64,000 bases of DNA, taken from the IMG/VR virus record IMGVR_UViG_3300032332_001939; one strand, 5' to 3'. Made by a program: the position numbers and the translations under genes. The notes under the pieces are model-generated. The model was not told where the DNA came from. It did no database searches and saw nothing but the letters and a program-made list of their open reading frames with translations. Of this stretch, positions 57,708 through 64,000 are shown one piece after another. Numbering within the stretch: the stretch's first letter is position 1; each line of letters opens with the position of its first letter. The stretch comes from an uncultured virus (IMG/VR IMGVR_UViG_3300032332_001939) (lineage: Duplodnaviria; Heunggongvirae; Uroviricota; Caudoviricetes).

Positions 57708-60700
57708 TTATCGTCCAAATGGAGTTGGTTTCTTTTTCAATCCAGCATCTTGTCTTACATCAAATATTTGATCATTAATTTTTTGTTGAACACCAACTTG
57801 AGCTTGTTTCCACCAATCATCTATAATTGGGGTTACTAAAGTCTTAAGATTAGAATCTTCTGCGAATGTTATTTCAAATTTTCCAGGATTAAAGTTAACA
57901 GTTCCATCAACATTCATTAATAAATTATTATTCGGTATATTTACATCAACTGAACCTTGTATGTTTTGATTTGTCGGATTTGTTGGATTAGCTAGATTTC
58001 CAACTGGTATTACAGTTTGTCCTAGTTTAAATAAATTATCTGCTGCATAAGTTATTTGGGAGTTTAAATCCGCTAAGGCTTCGGTTGACCCCTGCATTTG
58101 GGCTCTAGAATTTTCTGCAGCAGTTGCTTGGTTATTATATGATGTAACTAGTTGATTTAATGGGGTATTTTGTTCAATTCCTAAATCTGAAACATTTATT
58201 TTTTCTTTTCTTGCAAAAGATTGATCAATATCTTTTATAAATTTATCATATTGTTCTTGATTAAAATATTTTCTGCCTTCCACCTCTAATACAGAAGATT
58301 GTCGTGCTTGTTTATATAATTCAGGTTTTAAGGTAGGTATAAGTTTGTCCATAGCTTGATTAGATTCAGCGAGTCTAGCTGTTGATCCGACTTGAAGCAT
58401 TTTTTGTTGTCCAAGTTTTTCTGCTATAGTTTGATAAAGCTCTCTTCCAGAAAGTACTTCATTAGCTTTATCTAAACTAGTCTTTAAATTATTAATTGAT
58501 GGAGTAAGATCTTTTTGAATTACTTGAAGGGCATTTTGAATAGAAGTATTTAATTGTGGAATTACAGTTTTAGTTTGAGCTGTAGTCACGCCTCTTAATA
58601 ATTTAGTAATTTCATCTACATTTTGACCAATATTTTGATCTTTTGTAAGATTATTTATTTGAGCAGTTGCAATTTCTTCTGCGCGGTAACCAATACGAGA
58701 ATATGCTTGACCAGCTGCTCCAGGAGTACGAGACGCAAAGTAATTAGCTTGTCGTTTTATATCTGCTGCTCTTCCTCGTATTGCTATTCGTTTCAAATCT
58801 GACAAATCTTCTTGTGCACCTGGAGATAAACTTCCTCCAGAAAATTGAACGATTTCTGACAACATACCAGCTGCACCTCTTCCTTGCCTTACTATATCTT
58901 GACGATCTTGCCCCCGACTATAATCCCTACGATATTTATTAAAAATTTCTTTTCTTTTTTTGAAACTTTCTGGATCTAAAAATGATTGAATACCTCCAGC
59001 TGTATCAATGTCTCTTCTTGCTTGTAGAATTTTTTGCTGAATATTGTAATTATTTAAAGCTATAGTATTTGCTTTTCTCTGTTCTTCACTTAGAGTTGCA
59101 AGTTTTTCATTTTGTTGTCTAGCTTCATCATTTATTTTTGTTTGAATTTCTGAAGATTTTTCAAAATCTTTTCCAAATGAAGAACTTATTGCTTGATTTA
59201 ATGCATCTGCTGTAGCTTGTGGAGAAAGATTTTGGTTACTTATATTAAGAAGTTTAGCTTGATATGAATTTATTGCAGCTTCAGATTGAGGATTCTCTTG
59301 ATTAGGTTTTCTCAAATCTTCCAATAAATTGGCTCCAATTTCTAGCATAGCTTGTTTTGAGGAAGATTGAGTTTCTCTGACTTGTTTAGCAAATTCTTCT
59401 CCTCTATTTAGTGCATTTATTCCTTCTCTTGTAGCATTAAGGGATTCTTGAGATTTAAATAATTCTTCATAATTTAATAAACCTTCTGCTTTTGATAACG
59501 CTATTTGTCTTGTATTAGCGCTTACATTTGCATTGAAATTTTGTTTAAATGTTTGAGATTTTATTGAAGAATTAATTAAACTATTAAGAGAAGTATTCAA
59601 AGAGTCTATTGCTGCTTTTGCGCTTTGTGTTTGTTTTTTTAATTTATCTTGAGTTTTTATTTCTTCTTCTCTTATATTTTTTATAGCATCATTTTCTCTT
59701 TTATTAGCATTTAATTCATCGGCGTATAGTTTTAAAGATGTAAGTGCATTTTTGAAATCATCTGCATTTATAGTCCTTAACATGAAAGATATATCTTGAT
59801 TTAAACCATAATATTTTTCTAAATATGATATAAGTTCTGGTTGATTAAGTTTTAATAAATTATCACTTACATCTTTTAAGAATTTAGCTTGACCTTCCTC
59901 GGAAAGTCCACCGTAGATTGATTGTGCAGCTCCACGAACTAATGATGGACTTTTAAGAACGCTTGGAGTAAATAAGCCACCACCTTCTATTACTTTACCT
60001 GTTACTTTTGCTGCAAATTCAAGATTTTTTAATTCTTTATTCAAAGAAGCTTGAATTTTATTAGTTTCATCTTGTAATTTTGTAGAGTCTGTAATTGCAA
60101 CTAATTGCATTCTATACTTTTGTGGAATATCATTTGCAATTGTTGCTAATTCATTATTTAATTTTGTTATAGTTTCTGTTGAAGCTTTTGGATTTGCATA
60201 GGCTTCTTTTAATTGTTCTAAAGTTTTTGTATAATTTGATGCTGCATTTGCAAAATTGGAAGATTCTTCTTTAATACTTTCTAGTTTTTTCCCAAGATCT
60301 TTTCCACCATATTTCATTTGATTTGCAACTGCATTTGTAACAGAATAAAGTGCCCCTAACCCTCCAACAACTAAACCCGCTGGCCCTGGAATTAGTTGTA
60401 CTGCTGTTAAAGAAGCAGACAGTCCAGAAGATAAATTATTAATATTTTTTGCAAGTCGTTCGTTATCACCCGCTAATTCAGAACCAAAACCTCCAATCAT
60501 AGATAAACCAAATGAAGCAAAAATAAGTTTTTCTCTGTATTTATCTAAATCAAATTTAGTTTGTTTTAATCCTTCTGCGGATTTTCCTGCTTCTTTATAT
60601 AATTTTTTAAGAGGTGTATCTCCAGTAATCGCTTTTGCTAATGCAGCGCTAGCTGACATTTCTTGTGCTGTTAAAGCTGCAAAATTAGGAATAAATCCAA

Positions 60701-63593
60701 AAGCAGCCATTCCTTTTTGCATAGCATATGAATTACTCATCGCTGTTCCTAAACCTTCTGGATGATCTCTTTTTACAGCTGCAAAATTTGGTTGAGTGTT
60801 GCTATCTCTTACGTAAAGACCTAATCCTGGTTGAAAATCTAAAGTTGGACTTCCACCTAAATTTTTTTCAGTTTTAAAAGCTTTAGCTATTGGAGAAAAA
60901 TTAGGAATAAATCCAAAAGCCATGTTTTGTTGATTTAATATTTTTGCCGCCATACTATTTAAATTTCCACCAGAAAGTGAATTTTTAAAATCTCCACCCT
61001 TCCAACCACCAGATGTTAATGAATCAATTTTAAATGTTTGTCCTAATTTTTTAAGTTCTGCAGCTGTTAAATCTAAATTTCTAGTTCTATCTTCTGGAAC
61101 AATATTCATTGCTGCTAAAATTCCACCTTCAAATGCATTTCCAACTAAAGAACCAATCTGATCTTGGCTTATATTACTTTTTAAATATCTTTTAAATTTA
61201 TCACTATTTATTATCTCTGGAGAAACTCCAACTAAATCATGTAAAAAATTAGAAGCAGTATTTACTATTCCATCAATTGCTCCACCATAAAGACCTTGAC
61301 CTACAAATTCTCTATCTTTTCCTTTTAATTGTCCAGGAAATGGTACGGCATAAAATCCTACTTTTTTATTATCTGCGTTTCCATAAGTTTGAAATGATGT
61401 TGATTGACTAAAACCTGGATAAACAAGTGCATAATTATTAAATTTAATTTTTTCAGATTCTTCTTTAGTTAATTGAGCTTTGGTTTCTAAACTTCCTTTT
61501 GACCCATATATTAATTTTTTATAATTTGATTGAGGAACCCAATAATCATTTCCAACAGGTGTTACTCCTAAATCTTTAGCTGTTTGATTTAAAGTTGCGC
61601 CTTTTGTTAAATAAGTTCTTAATTCTTGCCCACCAGCTTTGATATAACCTTTTGAAATCATTTCCTCAACTTGAGCGGCTGTAGATCCTCTAGCAAAATT
61701 TGGAATAAATCCATCAAAACTATAAGGATTAAAACCATGTGCAGCTTGGAAATTTTTTTGATAACTTTTTCCAGCAGTGCTTCCTTTTGGAGGCATTATA
61801 GCTGGTTGCGACATTCTTGGAAATTTCTTAACTGTTTCTGCGCTATTATAAGTTACTTGTCCATAATTTGGTATAAATGTTTGTTTAATTTGTCCTGGAG
61901 CATATCCTCCAGCTAATGCACCCATAACTTCTTGGTTTGCACTAAAATTAGGAATAAAACCTAAAGCTTTATTTTTAACTGCTGCGCCACGCATTGGTCC
62001 AGATTGAGCAATTGTGACTCCAGAATTCATTAAGCTTTTTGTCAAAGAATTAGCTACTGCGACTTGACGTTCCATAGCGACTGTTTCTTGTTCAATTAAT
62101 GTTAAAATTTGTTTATGTAAACTTACAGTATCTAAATTATCACTATTAATTTGTTCAATAATCTGTGGATTTTTACTAATAAGAGTAAGTATTTGACTTT
62201 GTAAAGCTTTTTGTTCAGCACTTTGTGTATTTAATCCTGTAAGTTGTTTAAATGCATCTGCTGTAAATACAGTTAATCTTTCAAAAATTTTAACTAAAGA
62301 TGCTGCTCCCAATAATAATCCTGGGCCACTTAAAAAATTACCTAAACCTTTAGCTAATCCTTCTCCAATTTTTGCTCCAATACCTTCTGTTTGATCTGTT
62401 CCAAAATTTTCTAATACATAATTTAATCCATCTAAAGATTTTTTCATTGCTGGAGCTAAGGCTAGATTACCAATAGCTACTGCTCCTTGTTGTAAATTAG
62501 CTACAGTTTTATTTATTGTTGCAGAAAGAGTTTCATTCAAAGCTTCATTTCTACTTATAGCTTCATTGCTTGCTCCAGAAGAAGTTGCTAATGCTTGTGA
62601 ATAAATTGAATATTCTTTAGATAAATCGCTCAAAGAAGCTTTTAATACGTTAATTTGAAACACGCCACCAACAGTTTCTGCAATTTGAGCTCTTTGCACA
62701 GATCCTAATTTCTCATACGTTTGTGATAAATTATTTAGAATTTGAATTAGTGGTAATATATTTCCTTCTTGATCTTTTGTAGCGATACCAATTTCTTCTA
62801 AAGAATCTAATGTCTTAGGTCTTTGTAATCTTGTAAAAATTGTTTTTAAACTGTTTCCAATAACACTTCCACCTCTAGAAGTAATTTGTTGCGCAGATGT
62901 TACTAAAGCGATTAATTGATCAAAAGAAACTCCTGTATCATCTGCAGAACTACCAACTCTTTTAATTGCTTCTGCTAAATCTGCAGAACTTACTGCAAAC
63001 CCAGCATCTACAGCTGCTAATTTGTTAACAACCTCTGTTGAAGTTATAGCCGAGCTAGTAAAAGAATTAACTGCTGCAGTTAAAGCTTCAACGCTATCTA
63101 CCGTACTTAATCCACTTAATCTTGTTAAAATTAAAGCATCACTTGTTCTTTTTAATGTATCTTCAATACCTAAACCTTGTCTTGAAAATTCAGTTGCAGC
63201 TTTAGCTACTTCTGCAAAAGATGCGCCAGTATTTTTAGCTATATCAAATAAATTATTACCAAAACTAGTTAAATTTTTTTGACTTACATTTAATATGACA
63301 TTAATATCAGTTAAAGATTTTTCTACTTCTATAACACTTCTAATAGTCTCGTCAAAAGCTTTCTTAATAGCATATATTGCGCCAGCAGAGGCACCGAATG
63401 CAATAACGCGAGCATTAGATGCGGCTAATGATTTTTCAAATTCCCCTAATTGACCGCTTATCTTACCTAATGGCTGAGAGAATCCTTTGGTATTTAATAT
63501 TAAAGCTTGATTAGCTACTTTAGCAATATTCTTCTCTAGGGGCTTTGTATTCCCTAGAACATCAATAATAATTTTGTCTCTGCCTTGTGCCAT
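57708..63593 (-). CDS. Tail tape measure protein (TP901-like core)
   Basis: 1961 aa helical; FDIAKNTG..AATEFSRQG..AVSSADLAEAI..IGNSLKTIFTRL; hydrophobic segments. Confidence 0.92.
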   Translation of the reverse strand: MAQGRDKIIIDVLGNTKPLEKNIAKVANQALILNTKGFSQPLGKISGQLGEFEKSLAASNARVIAFGASAGAIYAIKKAFDETIRSVIEVEKSLTDINVILNVSQKNLTSFGNNLFDIAKNTGASFAEVAKAATEFSRQGLGIEDTLKRTSDALILTRLSGLSTVDSVEALTAAVNSFTSSAITSTEVVNKLAAVDAGFAVSSADLAEAIKRVGSSADDTGVSFDQLIALVTSAQQITSRGGSVIGNSLKTIFTRLQRPKTLDSLEEIGIATKDQEGNILPLIQILNNLSQTYEKLGSVQRAQIAETVGGVFQINVLKASLSDLSKEYSIYSQALATSSGASNEAISRNEALNETLSATINKTVANLQQGAVAIGNLALAPAMKKSLDGLNYVLENFGTDQTEGIGAKIGEGLAKGLGNFLSGPGLLLGAASLVKIFERLTVFTADAFKQLTGLNTQSAEQKALQSQILTLISKNPQIIEQINSDNLDTVSLHKQILTLIEQETVAMERQVAVANSLTKSLMNSGVTIAQSGPMRGAAVKNKALGFIPNFSANQEVMGALAGGYAPGQIKQTFIPNYGQVTYNSAETVKKFPRMSQPAIMPPKGSTAGKSYQKNFQAAHGFNPYSFDGFIPNFARGSTAAQVEEMISKGYIKAGGQELRTYLTKGATLNQTAKDLGVTPVGNDYWVPQSNYKKLIYGSKGSLETKAQLTKEESEKIKFNNYALVYPGFSQSTSFQTYGNADNKKVGFYAVPFPGQLKGKDREFVGQGLYGGAIDGIVNTASNFLHDLVGVSPEIINSDKFKRYLKSNISQDQIGSLVGNAFEGGILAAMNIVPEDRTRNLDLTAAELKKLGQTFKIDSLTSGGWKGGDFKNSLSGGNLNSMAAKILNQQNMAFGFIPNFSPIAKAFKTEKNLGGSPTLDFQPGLGLYVRDSNTQPNFAAVKRDHPEGLGTAMSNSYAMQKGMAAFGFIPNFAALTAQEMSASAALAKAITGDTPLKKLYKEAGKSAEGLKQTKFDLDKYREKLIFASFGLSMIGGFGSELAGDNERLAKNINNLSSGLSASLTAVQLIPGPAGLVVGGLGALYSVTNAVANQMKYGGKDLGKKLESIKEESSNFANAASNYTKTLEQLKEAYANPKASTETITKLNNELATIANDIPQKYRMQLVAITDSTKLQDETNKIQASLNKELKNLEFAAKVTGKVIEGGGLFTPSVLKSPSLVRGAAQSIYGGLSEEGQAKFLKDVSDNLLKLNQPELISYLEKYYGLNQDISFMLRTINADDFKNALTSLKLYADELNANKRENDAIKNIREEEIKTQDKLKKQTQSAKAAIDSLNTSLNSLINSSIKSQTFKQNFNANVSANTRQIALSKAEGLLNYEELFKSQESLNATREGINALNRGEEFAKQVRETQSSSKQAMLEIGANLLEDLRKPNQENPQSEAAINSYQAKLLNISNQNLSPQATADALNQAISSSFGKDFEKSSEIQTKINDEARQQNEKLATLSEEQRKANTIALNNYNIQQKILQARRDIDTAGGIQSFLDPESFKKRKEIFNKYRRDYSRGQDRQDIVRQGRGAAGMLSEIVQFSGGSLSPGAQEDLSDLKRIAIRGRAADIKRQANYFASRTPGAAGQAYSRIGYRAEEIATAQINNLTKDQNIGQNVDEITKLLRGVTTAQTKTVIPQLNTSIQNALQVIQKDLTPSINNLKTSLDKANEVLSGRELYQTIAEKLGQQKMLQVGSTARLAESNQAMDKLIPTLKPELYKQARQSSVLEVEGRKYFNQEQYDKFIKDIDQSFARKEKINVSDLGIEQNTPLNQLVTSYNNQATAAENSRAQMQGSTEALADLNSQITYAADNLFKLGQTVIPVGNLANPTNPTNQNIQGSVDVNIPNNNLLMNVDGTVNFNPGKFEITFAEDSNLKTLVTPIIDDWWKQAQVGVQQKINDQIFDVRQDAGLKKKPTPFGR
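60681..61961 (-). repeat. Four GFIPNF peptide repeats within the tape measure
   Basis: At 61944-61961, 61695-61712, 60897-60914 and 60681-60698. Confidence 0.9.
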
Positions 63594-63614
63594 TTAACTA
63601 ATCCTTTAATAATA

Positions 63615-63620
63615 TTACAC
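63615..63620 (-). promoter_or_regulatory. GTGTAA motif
   Basis: Intergenic, 21 nt before tape measure ATG, AAGGA in the leader. Confidence 0.6.
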
Positions 63621-63637
63621 GAAAATTTAATTAATAA

Positions 63638-64000
63638 TTAAATTCCGTGAATTTTAAGGATTTGTTCAAAAGAAAGGTCTCCATTTCCAGATTTTTTAGC
63701 TTCTTCACTTAAATCTACCACTTCATCTGTTGAATTTGAGGCTATCGTCTTGAGTTCTTCTTTGGTTGCGCCTATATAGCTTTGCCCCATTTTATCTTGG
63801 TTTTGTTGTTTTAAATTTGCTATATTTTGTCTATTTTCATACCAAGCTACCAAATCATCTAGTTTTTTAACATTATTTGGTGGGTTTTCACCGCTTTTAG
63901 TTAAATAATATTTATAATTCCTACCTAATGCAAAAAGATCACATTGATATTGAGTTAAATTAATAATAGGTTTTCCATAAAATATATTAGGATTGTCTTC
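63638..64000 (-). CDS. Partial gene, probable tail assembly chaperone
   Basis: Open frame runs to the window edge (EDNPNIFYGKPIINLTQYQ..); directly upstream of tape measure. Confidence 0.6.
   Translation of the reverse strand, partial: EDNPNIFYGKPIINLTQYQCDLFALGRNYKYYLTKSGENPPNNVKKLDDLVAWYENRQNIANLKQQNQDKMGQSYIGATKEELKTIASNSTDEVVDLSEEAKKSGNGDLSFEQILKIHGI

Noticed and set aside
326..63282. Other 60-100 aa ORFs nested in or antisense to long genes
   Set aside because: Fully overlap well-supported CDSs, with no motifs or start signals
1..64000. Stop-codon reassignment
   Set aside because: Genes are intact and tightly packed under code 11, and TAA, TAG and TGA all end genes

Overview
AT-rich, densely coding 64-kb segment of a large tailed dsDNA phage. 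The host is probably a PEP-CTERM-using Gram-negative such as Verrucomicrobiota (inferred). Left to right: (1) tRNA-Thr(UGU) and a ~8.7-kb block of virion/accessory genes, including modular head-cargo-like proteins, a HiPIP-like Fe-S protein, a ferritin/Dps-like protein, two LamG lectins, and a host-type PEP-CTERM autotransporter-repeat protein with membrane-protein neighbours; (2) a ~21-kb glycan island (8779-29895) with about 15 glycosyltransferase-like genes and NDP-sugar enzymes (RmlB, NRS/ER-type reductase, RfbH- and ColD-type 3-dehydratases, Gmd, GDP-fucose/colitose synthase-like); (3) a replication/recombination module (RecA/UvsX, DnaB, ThyX, primase, PD-(D/E)XK nuclease, split PHP + exonuclease + DnaE, SSB-like, Rad52-like) with a GT4/split-GT9 pair inside it; (4) a convergent minus-strand tail module ending in a 1961-aa tape measure protein. 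Most notable signals: strong [S/T]-G dipeptide enrichment in some virion proteins next to the glycan island (candidate virion O-glycosylation system); a tape measure with four GFIPNF motifs bounding cassettes, one with a PD-(D/E)XK-like signature; a GTGTAA promoter-like motif often 8 nt before start codons, which also reveals an unannotated 24-aa peptide; and a phage-borne exosortase substrate. All family calls come from motif recognition by eye; no database searches were run.
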